DNA of 49,795 nt from Patescibacteria group bacterium (GTDB lineage Bacteria > Patescibacteriota > Microgenomatia > UBA8517): the NCBI GenBank assembly GCA_038062745.1, contig JBBTWO010000019.1, positions 1 through 49,795 on the forward strand, given 5' to 3'. The notes under the pieces were generated by a model. It did no database searches. It was not told the origin of the DNA and saw only the letters and a list, made by a program, of their open reading frames with translations. The first letter of the stretch is position 1, and each line of letters begins with the position of its first letter. The position numbers and the translations under genes were made by a program. Shown here one piece after another: positions 1-9,159 of the stretch.

Positions 1-1
1 T

Positions 2-703
2 CATGGACTGATGATTAAAGATGGAGCCAAGATGAGTAAATCCAAAGGAAATGTGGTTAATCCTGACGAATATATTGCCAAGTTTGGAGCTGATGTACTA
101 AGACTGTATTTAATGTTTATGGGTCCTATGGATGGGTTCCCAGACTTTAGAGACTCGGGAATGGAGGGTATGCAGAGATTTGTTAATAAATTATGGACCA
201 TTTTCTCGCAAATAAGTTCTGATAAGGAAGATGAAGAGCTCACTATCAAAATGCACCAAACTATAAAAAAGACCACTGTAGATATATCAAAATTTGGCTA
301 TAATACAACTCTTTCTTCAATCATGGAATATGTCAATTTAATCATGGAGAGAAACAATTTCTCAAAGATGTATTTGAGGCCACTAGCTCAAATGATTGCC
401 CCTTTTGCTCCTCACTTAGCTGAGGAAGTGTGGGAAATGATGGGTGAATCATTTTCTATTCATACATCAGCCTGGCCAGAATACCAGGAAGAACTTACCC
501 AGGTTGGAGAACAAACAATAGTAGTTCAAGTAAACGGTAAAACCAGAGGTCAGTTTATAGTTGCCAGTCAAGATGTTGCCAAAAAGCAAGAAATTATTGC
601 CCAGGCTGAAAGTCTTGAAAGCATTCAAAAACACTTAATGAACAAACAGATTGTTAACAAAATCTATGTTCCAGGAAAGATTGTCAACTTTGTTGCAAAG
701 TAA
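2..703 (+). CDS. leuS: leucine--tRNA ligase, C-terminal part (5' end outside window)
   Basis: KMSKSKGNVVNP class I motif, GADxLRLY, APFAPHLAEE and VQVNGK..G..VPGKIVNFV C-terminus typical of LeuS; frame open from position 2. Confidence 0.95.
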   Translation, partial: HGLMIKDGAKMSKSKGNVVNPDEYIAKFGADVLRLYLMFMGPMDGFPDFRDSGMEGMQRFVNKLWTIFSQISSDKEDEELTIKMHQTIKKTTVDISKFGYNTTLSSIMEYVNLIMERNNFSKMYLRPLAQMIAPFAPHLAEEVWEMMGESFSIHTSAWPEYQEELTQVGEQTIVVQVNGKTRGQFIVASQDVAKKQEIIAQAESLESIQKHLMNKQIVNKIYVPGKIVNFVAK

Positions 704-1304
704 CAAAAGTCTACTTTCTAACAATAAGTGGCAAATATTACTTTTACTTTTTGGTGCTCTTCTTATTGGAGGTGGACTACTTTCCTCAAAAATTTATAGT
801 ACATCTTCTGACAAAGTAGAAATTATAAATCCATCAGCAAGTGATAATAATCAGCAGCAATTCGTTGTTGAGATTTCTGGGAGTGTTGAACATCCTGGGG
901 TTTATCATATGGTAAGTGGATCAAGAATTGATGACTTAATTGTTGCTTGTGGTGGCTTGTCAGTTGATGCGGATCGGGGTTGGGTAGATAAGAATTTAAA
1001 TCGAGCAGCAAAACTTACAGATGGTCAAAAACTATATATCCCTAATCAGTCAGAAGTCTTGAGTGCTAATGATTCTACTGCCGGGACAAGTATATCAAAC
1101 TCTATCAGTCAAAATTTGTCAAAAAGCATAAATATTAACACTGCTAGTAGTTCTCAACTGGAATCATTGTCAGGAATTGGCCCTGTTACAGCCCAAAAGA
1201 TGATCGAGGGTAGACCTTACTCAAGTGTTGAAGAATTGCTTACAAAAAAGATTTTGAGCCAAAAAGTATATGACAAGAATAAAGACCTACTGTCTGTTTA
1301 TTAA
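666..1304 (+). CDS. comEA: ComEA family DNA-binding competence protein (TM, SLBB, HhH)
   Basis: N-terminal TM; VEISGSVEHPGVY SLBB domain; ININTAS..QLESLSGIGP helix-hairpin-helix; ATG 666 preferred over TTG 651. Confidence 0.9.
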   Translation: MFQERLSTLLQSNKSLLSNNKWQILLLLFGALLIGGGLLSSKIYSTSSDKVEIINPSASDNNQQQFVVEISGSVEHPGVYHMVSGSRIDDLIVACGGLSVDADRGWVDKNLNRAAKLTDGQKLYIPNQSEVLSANDSTAGTSISNSISQNLSKSININTASSSQLESLSGIGPVTAQKMIEGRPYSSVEELLTKKILSQKVYDKNKDLLSVY

Positions 1305-2356
1305 TGAAAAATTTGCTCTGGCTTGTCCTTTTTAGTTTATTTGTTGTTCGTTTCGTTTACACCAGACCAGTGTATAAACAAGGGGACACAGTTAGGATAA
1401 CTGCTACCGTTTCTTCACAACCTATTAGATATACTACTTCCCAATATATAAAACTTGTAGGATTAAAAACTTATCTGCCTGCTTTTCCAGAAATCAGTTA
1501 TGGTGACAAAGTTGTTGTCGAAGGATTAGTTAAAGATGACAAACTTCAAAATCCGAAACTCCTCAAAGTTACCCCAACAAATAATGTTTTATACAGACTA
1601 AGACAAAATTTAATTTCCTTTTATAAATCTGCAATCCCTGAACCTCATGCTTCGCTGGTTGCTGGTATGGTAATTGGTTCCAAACAGGCAATACCACAGG
1701 ATTTTATGGATAATCTCAAGGCAACAGGTACAGCCCATGTAGTAGTGGCATCTGGTATGAATGTAACTTTGGTTGGCGGATTTATCTTGAATTCCTTAAC
1801 TGCCATAATGAAAAGACGGAAAGCCTTAGTAGTCTCCTTAATTTGTATCTGGATATATGCACTAATGGCGGGGTTTGATGCACCCATAGTTAGGGCTGCA
1901 ATCATGGGAACTATTGCCTTTACGGCTCAAGAGTTAGGAAGGCTAAACTATTCTCTTCGGGCTCTATTTTTGTCAGGCTTTGTAATGTTAATCATTAACC
2001 CATCTTGGATATCAGATTTGGGGTTTATCTTGTCCTTTATGGCAACGCTTTCACTGATATTGTTTCAGACAAAAATAGATAGATTGATACGTTTTGTACC
2101 AGGTATATTACGCCAAGATTTAAGCACTACTATTGCTGCCCAAGTAGGCGTTGCCCCCATTATTTTTTATGTTTTTGGCCAATTCAATCTATTATCTCCC
2201 CTTTATAACGTTTTGGTTTTGTGGACAATTCCCTTTATAACTATCATCGGTTTTGTTGCTGGGGCTATTGGTTTACTTATCCCCGGTGTTGGCAGATTAA
2301 TCTTGTGGTTGGCCTATCCATTAACTGGATGGTTTAACACAGTAATTAGTATATGA
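1304..2356 (+). CDS. comEC: ComEC/Rec2 competence membrane domain protein
   Basis: GTAHVVVASGMNV, APIVRAAIM and GFILSFMAT motifs, multiple TM helices, follows comEA. Confidence 0.9.
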   Translation: MKNLLWLVLFSLFVVRFVYTRPVYKQGDTVRITATVSSQPIRYTTSQYIKLVGLKTYLPAFPEISYGDKVVVEGLVKDDKLQNPKLLKVTPTNNVLYRLRQNLISFYKSAIPEPHASLVAGMVIGSKQAIPQDFMDNLKATGTAHVVVASGMNVTLVGGFILNSLTAIMKRRKALVVSLICIWIYALMAGFDAPIVRAAIMGTIAFTAQELGRLNYSLRALFLSGFVMLIINPSWISDLGFILSFMATLSLILFQTKIDRLIRFVPGILRQDLSTTIAAQVGVAPIIFYVFGQFNLLSPLYNVLVLWTIPFITIIGFVAGAIGLLIPGVGRLILWLAYPLTGWFNTVISI

Positions 2357-3201
2357 ATTTATATAAGCAACTTCTAATATTTGTGATTTTGGCAAATATC
2401 TTGGTCTGGATGGCTATTTTTACTTTTCCCAACAATTCTTTACGAATAATTGCTTGTGATATTGGCCAAGGGGATGCAATTTTAATTACCTATAAAGACT
2501 TTCAGGTTTTAACAGATGGGGGACCTGACTCATCTGTTATTAATTGTCTGTCAAAATATATGCCTTTTTGGGATAGAACCATAGAAGTGATGATTTTGAC
2601 TAATCCAGACTTAGACCACCTTGGGGGACTAATTAGTGTTGTAAAACAATACAAGATTGAAAAATACATTAAAAGTCCCACAATAGATAGCACTCAAAGT
2701 TATAAAGTGCTAGAGGATTTAGTAGGGAGTAAGGGTATACCTACCTATGAGGCATCAAGTGCCTTAGATATACAGTTTAGTTTGATGTACTTGGATATAG
2801 TTTATCCAAACCAAGAAGATAGAGCGACATTTAAAAACCCTCAAAACAACTATTCGACAGTTTTTAAGCTAACATTTAAAGATTTTGAAGCTGTTTTTAC
2901 CGGTGATATTGAAGAAGAAGCGTCAGACTATATTGCTAAGAATATTTATTTGGGAGACATAGACTATATCAAAATACCTCACCACGGAAGTAAGCATGGA
3001 ATTACAAGGAGTCTCCTTGAAGTCACTAAACCTGAGATTGCCGTAATATCTGCGGGGAAAAACAACAAATATGGTCATCCCCACGCACAAATATTGGAAA
3101 TGTTGCAAGAAAAAGGAGTCAAAATATTGGGCACTTATGACCAAGGAGATGTTGTTGTAGAGATTGACGAGTCGGGACGCGATATTATTTATAGACAATA
3201 A
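2353..3201 (+). CDS. ComEC-type metallo-beta-lactamase fold nuclease domain (stand-alone)
   Basis: DIGQGDA, DGG, TNPDLDHLGG, FTGD, IPHHGSK and NKYGHPH motifs; ATGA overlap with comEC; own N-terminal TM. Confidence 0.88.
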   Translation: MNLYKQLLIFVILANILVWMAIFTFPNNSLRIIACDIGQGDAILITYKDFQVLTDGGPDSSVINCLSKYMPFWDRTIEVMILTNPDLDHLGGLISVVKQYKIEKYIKSPTIDSTQSYKVLEDLVGSKGIPTYEASSALDIQFSLMYLDIVYPNQEDRATFKNPQNNYSTVFKLTFKDFEAVFTGDIEEEASDYIAKNIYLGDIDYIKIPHHGSKHGITRSLLEVTKPEIAVISAGKNNKYGHPHAQILEMLQEKGVKILGTYDQGDVVVEIDESGRDIIYRQ

Positions 3202-3246
3202 TAGACGATTTTTAGACGATTGCTTGGAAAAGTGTAATAATAAAAT

Positions 3247-3357
3247 ATGATTTCTAATAAATCATGGTTGAAAACGATTTCTTCGATCTTTAGCAATCTC
3301 TCTGCTGCTTGGTATAGTTTTCTTAGGTATTGGTGCCTTTTTAGAAGAGAGAGTTAA
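3247..3357 (+). pseudogene. short membrane-peptide ORF (36 aa), possibly frameshifted remnant
   Basis: Hand translation MISNKSWLKTISSIFSNLSAAWYSFLRYWCLFRRES*; an alternative frame gives a hydrophobic tail FLGIGAFLEERVK*. Confidence 0.3.
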
Positions 3358-3364
3358 ATAAATA

Positions 3365-3496
3365 ATGAATGGTCAAGATTTTTTAAGATTTACAAGCCTT
3401 ACCCAGTTGTCTACTGCCTTGGTCTTGATTGCTTTTTTTCTTGGAGTAATAGCCTTTAAGCTTTATCAAAAGCCTTCAAAATCGACCAAAAGGTAA
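3365..3496 (+). CDS. small single-TM membrane protein (43 aa), below the ORF-track cutoff
   Basis: Hand translation MNGQDFLRFTSLTQLSTALVLIAFFLGVIAFKLYQKPSKSTKR*: hydrophobic helix followed by a basic tail. Confidence 0.55.
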   Translation: MNGQDFLRFTSLTQLSTALVLIAFFLGVIAFKLYQKPSKSTKR

Positions 3497-3517
3497 AAAA
3501 TTTGCTATATTATTTTC

Positions 3518-3685
3518 TAAAGGCGTCAAAACCCAAGTCGCGATTGGGGAGCAAATAGATACAAATGTCTATCGGGACAAGCCCGTTACAGCTTAAGACG
3601 AGTAAAACAAAAAGGGTGGTACCGTCAAAAGAATGACCCCTTGAGATCTTGATTTTTAATGTCACGGTTTCAAAGGGTTATTTTT
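3518..3685 (+). promoter_or_regulatory. T-box riboswitch leader of argS (compact)
   Basis: GGGTGGTACCG T-box at 3614-3624 with antiterminator partner GACCCC (3635-3640); CCGTTA stem IIA/B motif at 3583-3588; alternative terminator ending in T-run at ~3685; upstream of an aminoacyl-tRNA synthetase. Confidence 0.8.
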
Positions 3686-3701
3686 GTATATAATAGATAT
3701 T

Positions 3702-5351
3702 ATGATCAGAAATAAGATTATTGAAGAATTAAAAAGAATAACTGGAGCTAATGATATTCAGTTGTCTTTTCCAGAACGGGAAGAACATGGTGATTTTACA
3801 ACTAATGTTGCTTTAGTTGCTGCTAAAGACAAAGGTAAAAACCCACGAGAGTATGCCCACGAATTAGTCAAATCCATATCACAAGTTGATAGTTTGATGC
3901 AGATTATTTCAGAAATAAAAATAGAAGGACCAGGGTTTATTAATTTCTATTTAAAAGAAAAATATTTAGTAAAAATTTTGGAAAGTATTGACGAAAGTTA
4001 CGGAAAAACAACTTCAAACGTAGGTCAAAAAGTAATGTTTGAGTATGGTCAGCCAAACACTCACAAGCTTCCTCACATAGGTCACTTGTTTTCTTATGTT
4101 TATGGCGAAGCAATGACGAGAATATTGGAAGCTACAGGGTGGAAAGTGATGCGAGTTAATTATCAGGGAGATATTGGTCCTCACGTTGCAAAAGCCTTGT
4201 GGGCACTTCAAAAAAGAAAGCCTGTGATTCCTAATTCAGCTTATGAAAAAGCCAAATTGTTGCAAAGGATGTATCAGGAGGGAAGTAAGGCCTACGATGA
4301 TGGCGAGAGTGCAAAAGCTGAGATTGATGATCTTAACAAAAAAATATATGCACATAATGAAGAAGTATTTGCTTTGTGGCAAGAAACACGCGGATGGAGT
4401 CTGGATTACTACCAAGAGTTCGAAAAAAGACTGGGAATTAACTATGACAAGTATTATTTTGAATCTCAAGTTGGTGAAGAAGGAAAAAAGAAAGTTAAAA
4501 AGCATACTCCTGGGATTTTCAAAGAAAGTGAGGGAGCGATAATTTTTGAAGGTAGTAAATATGGCCTCCACGATAGGGTTTTTGTGACCAAATTTGATAC
4601 TCCTACCTACGAAGCAAAGGATTATTATCTTGAACAGAAGAAGTTTGAAGATTGGCCATGCGATCTTGTCATAATAACCACTGCCAATGAGCAGAATGAA
4701 TATTTTAAGGTAGTTTTTAAAGCCCTTGAAAAAACACACCCTGGCTACGTTGGCAAACTAAAACACATTGGTTTTGGGATGATAAATTTAAAATCTGGAA
4801 AAATGAGCTCCAGAACAGGTAATATAATAAGTGGTGCTGAACTTGTTGATGTCGTTATAACAGATGTAGCAAAGTTAGGTAATAACAATGAAACATCAGA
4901 AATGGTAGGTATCGGAGCGATCAAGTATTCATTTCTAAAAAACAATCCACTACAAAATACCGCTTTCGACATTCAAGAAAGCATTTCAATAGAGGGTAAC
5001 TCAGGGCCATATATTCAGTATACTTTTGCCAGAACTCAAAGTGTGCTGGCAAAATCCAACCTTCAGGGTGAGACCCTGAAGGTAAATAATTTGGAGGTTG
5101 AAGAACTATCGGTTGTTAAATATCTTATTAGATTCCCTGAAGTTGTGGCCAATGCAGCACAAAATTACTCACCCAATTTGGTTGCAAATTATCTTTTTGA
5201 GTTGGCACAAAAGTACAATACTTTCTATAATAAGCACAAAATTATAGGAGGAGAAAAAGAACAGTTTAGACTGCTTTTGACAGCTGCAACTGGCCAGGTA
5301 CTTAAAAATGGACTTGAGCTTTTGGGAATTGAAGCTCCTAAGAAGATGTAG
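3702..5351 (+). CDS. argS: arginine--tRNA ligase
   Basis: EHGDFTTNVA, GPGFINF, PNTHKLPHIGH (HIGH), GKMSSRTG, GNSGPYIQYTFAR and LLGIEAPKKM C-terminus; ATG 3702. Confidence 0.95.
   Translation: MIRNKIIEELKRITGANDIQLSFPEREEHGDFTTNVALVAAKDKGKNPREYAHELVKSISQVDSLMQIISEIKIEGPGFINFYLKEKYLVKILESIDESYGKTTSNVGQKVMFEYGQPNTHKLPHIGHLFSYVYGEAMTRILEATGWKVMRVNYQGDIGPHVAKALWALQKRKPVIPNSAYEKAKLLQRMYQEGSKAYDDGESAKAEIDDLNKKIYAHNEEVFALWQETRGWSLDYYQEFEKRLGINYDKYYFESQVGEEGKKKVKKHTPGIFKESEGAIIFEGSKYGLHDRVFVTKFDTPTYEAKDYYLEQKKFEDWPCDLVIITTANEQNEYFKVVFKALEKTHPGYVGKLKHIGFGMINLKSGKMSSRTGNIISGAELVDVVITDVAKLGNNNETSEMVGIGAIKYSFLKNNPLQNTAFDIQESISIEGNSGPYIQYTFARTQSVLAKSNLQGETLKVNNLEVEELSVVKYLIRFPEVVANAAQNYSPNLVANYLFELAQKYNTFYNKHKIIGGEKEQFRLLLTAATGQVLKNGLELLGIEAPKKM
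5060..5082 (-). repeat. 23-bp REP-like hairpin, copy 1 (inside argS, reads LQGETLK)
   Basis: CCTTCAGGGT-GAG-ACCCTGAAGG on + strand, the reverse complement of the CTC-loop consensus. Confidence 0.95.
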
Positions 5352-5919
5352 TTTCTTTGGTAAAACTTTTCATCTCTTCAGCTACTCTTTTAACTGGTTC
5401 TGAAAATAATTTAAATGGTTCAGATTTTGGAGGAGTAATTTCTGCTTCTAGTTTTCTCTCAATGTAGGATTCATCAATGTTTTTAAGCATTTCTGCCAGT
5501 TCAGCATCTTCTTGTAAGTTAATTCCTTGTTTTTCAGCCACTTTTGTTAATATCTGGAGGACTTTGGTTATTTCTCGTTCAGAAATTAAGTTAACCTGAA
5601 GATGAATTTCTTCTCGAAGCGAGCTAATAAGTCCTGATCTACTTTGGCTCATTAAGACTATGGTTGAAAGCACAATTGCCTCCAGTGAGACAAAGGTAAC
5701 TAATAGAATAAATGGGTATGGATCAAATGGGGCAATGCCATGTATTTGGCCAGTATTAATAGCTATCCAAGCAACGAAAATAAGCAAATTGACCACAAAA
5801 AACTCCATGCTGCCAAAAAAGGAAGTTAAATGGTCTGCAATTTTGACTGCAATATTGCGTTTCTTTAAGGCCTTTGCTTCAAAGCTCTTAATAACTCCAT
5901 ATAATCTTGGTCTGGCCAT
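5338..5919 (-). CDS. DUF1003 family membrane protein
   Basis: IADHLTSFFGSMEF, FDPYPFILL and LEAIVLSTIVLMSQSR motifs. Confidence 0.85.
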   Translation of the reverse strand: MARPRLYGVIKSFEAKALKKRNIAVKIADHLTSFFGSMEFFVVNLLIFVAWIAINTGQIHGIAPFDPYPFILLVTFVSLEAIVLSTIVLMSQSRSGLISSLREEIHLQVNLISEREITKVLQILTKVAEKQGINLQEDAELAEMLKNIDESYIERKLEAEITPPKSEPFKLFSEPVKRVAEEMKSFTKETTSS

Positions 5920-6002
5920 ATATAGATATTATCTAAAAGAAAGGTACTAAGCAATTATTTGTTTAACTTTATCCTAAGGACGCGTATAATGTGTCCAATT
6001 GT

Positions 6003-6803
6003 ATGGGTGGTGAAAGAAATCAGTGGACAGACCAGGGCTTTGACAAGAAAACTGCCAAACAAATATTAGCCTGGCTTCATGGAACACCAGGTGTGATTAT
6101 TGGTAGTGATGAGTTTGGCCGACCAGTTGCTTACCCGATAAATTCAAAGAATGCAGCTAGATTTCCAGAAGATGGGGGTTACAAGTGGATTCATGGCAGT
6201 TTTGGTAAAAATAGCCACTTGGACAATGTGGTAAGAGAAGGTGAGATCATGGGGAATAAATCATCTAATCGTACCAATCGGTTTGGTGATGTGACCCACC
6301 ACAAAAGACGAAGACCACAAAAAGTGTTTGTTGAAAGTAACCACCACTTTTGTGTGGACACGTTAACCTTTAATAGTAAAGACCCAACATTGACTCCTGT
6401 TGTCGTTGATTTGAATGTTTTGTTTCGAGCGGGATACAGCCTCTCTTCATCTGCAAATAGAATAATGACCGATGTTGTTTATTTTAAAAAGCCAATGTTA
6501 CTGCCTTTGGCTAGCAAGGATATTTTTATGTGCCTAGTTGACCAAAAACCAGACATATTTGTAAATACTTTCTCACAAGAAATGATTAGTTTTTTAGATC
6601 AAGGAGACGTTGAGCCAATACACGGAAGAATACCTACTCAAATTTTAAAGTTCCCAGATATTGAAGACCACCATCTTTTAAAGCTATTGGTAGCTACTGG
6701 ATTTCCACTTATTACCTATGACGTTGCTCTTTTGAAGCATTGTAGGGAAAACAACCTTCCAGCCTATACGCCGTCTAGCTATCTTCGGGAGTTTGAAATA
6801 TAA
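6003..6803 (+). CDS. hypothetical protein with probable C-terminal PIN-like domain
   Basis: VVVDLNVLFRA ... DIEDHHLLKL ... LITYDVALL ... YTPSSYL resembles the PIN acidic motif pattern; start uncertain (GTG 5991 or ATG 6003). Confidence 0.5.
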   Translation: MGGERNQWTDQGFDKKTAKQILAWLHGTPGVIIGSDEFGRPVAYPINSKNAARFPEDGGYKWIHGSFGKNSHLDNVVREGEIMGNKSSNRTNRFGDVTHHKRRRPQKVFVESNHHFCVDTLTFNSKDPTLTPVVVDLNVLFRAGYSLSSSANRIMTDVVYFKKPMLLPLASKDIFMCLVDQKPDIFVNTFSQEMISFLDQGDVEPIHGRIPTQILKFPDIEDHHLLKLLVATGFPLITYDVALLKHCRENNLPAYTPSSYLREFEI

Positions 6804-6834
6804 TTCATATCTGAAGTGGTATTTAGCCAAAAAA

Positions 6835-8115
6835 ATGAAATATAAACTCTCAACTCTTGCAAATGGCCTTCGTATCCTTACTGTCCCAATGCCCACGTTA
6901 GAATCGGCCACAGTGACTGTCTGGGTAGGAACTGGATCAAGATTTGAAAGCCCTGAAATTGAAGGTATTAGCCACTTTTTGGAGCATATGGTTTTTAAAG
7001 GCAGTAAAAAACGTCCCTCAGCCAAACAGATTGCCGAAGCAATTGATGCAATTGGTGGGGAATTCAATGCAGCTACTAGCAAAGATTGGACTAACTTCTA
7101 TATTAGAAGTAGGGCGGCACAGCTTGAGACCACCATGGATGTTTTGTCTGACATGGTCTTAAATCCTACTTTAGATGCATCAGACATTGAAAGAGAAAAA
7201 GGCGTAATTATTGAAGAAATAGCCATGTATGAAGATACTCCCATGCAAAATATTGGTAATGTTTTTGAACAACTAATATTTGATGGTAACCAACTAGGTC
7301 AGAATATTGCTGGGACTGCCAAATCAGTAAACGGGATAACCAAGCAGGACTTTGAAGATTATCGAAAAAAGCATTATTTTGCCAAAAATATTGTTGTTTC
7401 AGTTGCTGGAGGAATTGAGCAGAAGCAGGTTTTGGCCTTGGCGCAAAAATATTTTGGCAGCTTGAAATCAGACATTGCCCAAAAGCAGAAATTGGAAATG
7501 GTATCAAATACCCAAACTGCTCCTGCAGTAAAACTAAAAACCAAAGCCAATTCTGAACAGGGTCATTTTATTTTAGGCTTCCGTGGCTTCCCCAGGGGGC
7601 ACAAAGATAAATATGCAGAAGCAGTTTTGTCGTCAATTTTGGGTGGAGGCATGAGTTCCAGAATGTTTACAGAAATAAGGGAAAAAAGAGGCTTGGCATA
7701 TGCTGTGAGTGCTGATTCTGAGCATTATGAGGACACAGGTTACTTTGGAATATATGCTGGAGTTGTAGTATCAAAAATAGACGAAGCTATTAAAGCTATT
7801 TTGGATGAACTTTACAGTCTTGCCGCACAAAAGTCAGAAATTTCAGATTCCGAACTGACTAAGGCAAAAGAATATCTAAAAGGCCACATGGCCCTGGCTT
7901 TGGAAAATACAAAGGCGGTTAACTCATTCTTTGGTATGAAGGAATTACTTCAAGCAAAAATTGAAACTCCAGAAGAAGTGTTTGCAGGCATAAATAAAGT
8001 AACCAAAGAAGATGTATATAAAGTTGCAAGTATTCTTTTTAAACCAGAAAAACTTAATTTAGCCATAATTGGACCCTATAAAGACGAGGGAAAGTTTGTT
8101 AAACTGCTTAATTAA
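6835..8115 (+). CDS. M16 family zinc peptidase (pitrilysin-like)
   Basis: GISHFLEHMVFKGS inverted zinc motif HxxEH; LGGGMSSRMFTEIREKRGLAY. Confidence 0.93.
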   Translation: MKYKLSTLANGLRILTVPMPTLESATVTVWVGTGSRFESPEIEGISHFLEHMVFKGSKKRPSAKQIAEAIDAIGGEFNAATSKDWTNFYIRSRAAQLETTMDVLSDMVLNPTLDASDIEREKGVIIEEIAMYEDTPMQNIGNVFEQLIFDGNQLGQNIAGTAKSVNGITKQDFEDYRKKHYFAKNIVVSVAGGIEQKQVLALAQKYFGSLKSDIAQKQKLEMVSNTQTAPAVKLKTKANSEQGHFILGFRGFPRGHKDKYAEAVLSSILGGGMSSRMFTEIREKRGLAYAVSADSEHYEDTGYFGIYAGVVVSKIDEAIKAILDELYSLAAQKSEISDSELTKAKEYLKGHMALALENTKAVNSFFGMKELLQAKIETPEEVFAGINKVTKEDVYKVASILFKPEKLNLAIIGPYKDEGKFVKLLN

Positions 8116-8116
8116 G

Positions 8117-8581
8117 ATGGAACAGACAATAGTACTAGTCAAACCAGATGCTCTTCAAAGAGGATTAATAGGTCAGATAATAAATCGTTTTGAAAGAAAA
8201 GGCTTAAAGCTTAAAGCTCTTAAGATGACCACAATGACTGAGGACTTGGTTGATGAATGGTATGTGCACCACAAAGACAAAAGCTTTTTTAAAGACATAA
8301 AAAAATTTATGACGTGGACGCCAATAGTGGCCATGGTTTGGGAAGGTGTTGGAGCTATAGTGGCTGTCAGAAAAATTGTTGGAGTAACCAAAGGCAGGGA
8401 AGCAGAAGGAGGTTCTATTAGGGGGGATTTTGGTATGAGTGGTTCTCAAAATCTTGTCCATGCATCAGACTCAATAGAAGCAGCAGAAAAAGAAATGAAC
8501 TTAATCTTTACCAAGAAAGAAGTATTTGAATATCAAAGCGCCGTTGATTGTCTTATTTATTCTCCAGGCGAAATAGTATAA
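8117..8581 (+). CDS. ndk: nucleoside-diphosphate kinase
   Basis: EQTIVLVKPDA..RGLIG, GSIRGDF, NLVHASDS catalytic His; ATG 8117. Confidence 0.95.
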   Translation: MEQTIVLVKPDALQRGLIGQIINRFERKGLKLKALKMTTMTEDLVDEWYVHHKDKSFFKDIKKFMTWTPIVAMVWEGVGAIVAVRKIVGVTKGREAEGGSIRGDFGMSGSQNLVHASDSIEAAEKEMNLIFTKKEVFEYQSAVDCLIYSPGEIV

Positions 8582-9159
8582 TTTTTTAACACACTTTCTT
8601 CAAAAGTATTTGCTGCTTCACCAATCACTTCCAGATATATATTTTTATTTTGGTTAAACCCTGAAACTATATTTTTAATTAACATCACATTGCCAAGGAG
8701 CAATAAACCAAGCACTACAGCTCCTACAAGGGTGTTTGCTGGCCTTTTTACTACAACAAACGTATCAAGTGTCATATCATGCCATGTTTGTTTATTTTGA
8801 TCCTTAAGAAGCCACCAAAAACCTAAGCCAAAAAGCAAGTTTGAAAGCATTTGAGCCACTAACTCTCTAAACATGGCTCGCCAAAATGAAATATATTTGC
8901 CAGAGGAAGTAGTAATTTCAATGCCAGTTATGAGTTTGCCCAAGGAACCGCCGAATTTTGTTGCTAAATAGGCTTGAATAATTAAATAACCAATTCCAAA
9001 CCAAACGACAAAAATGATGTAGGTTAGCAGTGAGGTTAAAATTGCGTCAACAGAAGTACTTTGGGCAAGTTTCAACACAAACCAAACAGCCAATGTGAAG
9101 CCAACCAACCGGTCAATTACTCCAGCGATTAATCTTTGCCAAACTGATGCGTACTTCAT
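8557..9159 (-). CDS. RDD family membrane protein
   Basis: YASVWQRLIAGVID, SLGKLITGI, QTWHDM..DTFVV. Confidence 0.85.
   Translation of the reverse strand: MKYASVWQRLIAGVIDRLVGFTLAVWFVLKLAQSTSVDAILTSLLTYIIFVVWFGIGYLIIQAYLATKFGGSLGKLITGIEITTSSGKYISFWRAMFRELVAQMLSNLLFGLGFWWLLKDQNKQTWHDMTLDTFVVVKRPANTLVGAVVLGLLLLGNVMLIKNIVSGFNQNKNIYLEVIGEAANTFEESVLKNYTISPGE

Noticed and set aside
1304-3201. comEC as a frameshifted pseudogene
   Set aside because: Clean ATGA coupling and a separate N-terminal TM on the second ORF indicate a genuine two-gene arrangement.
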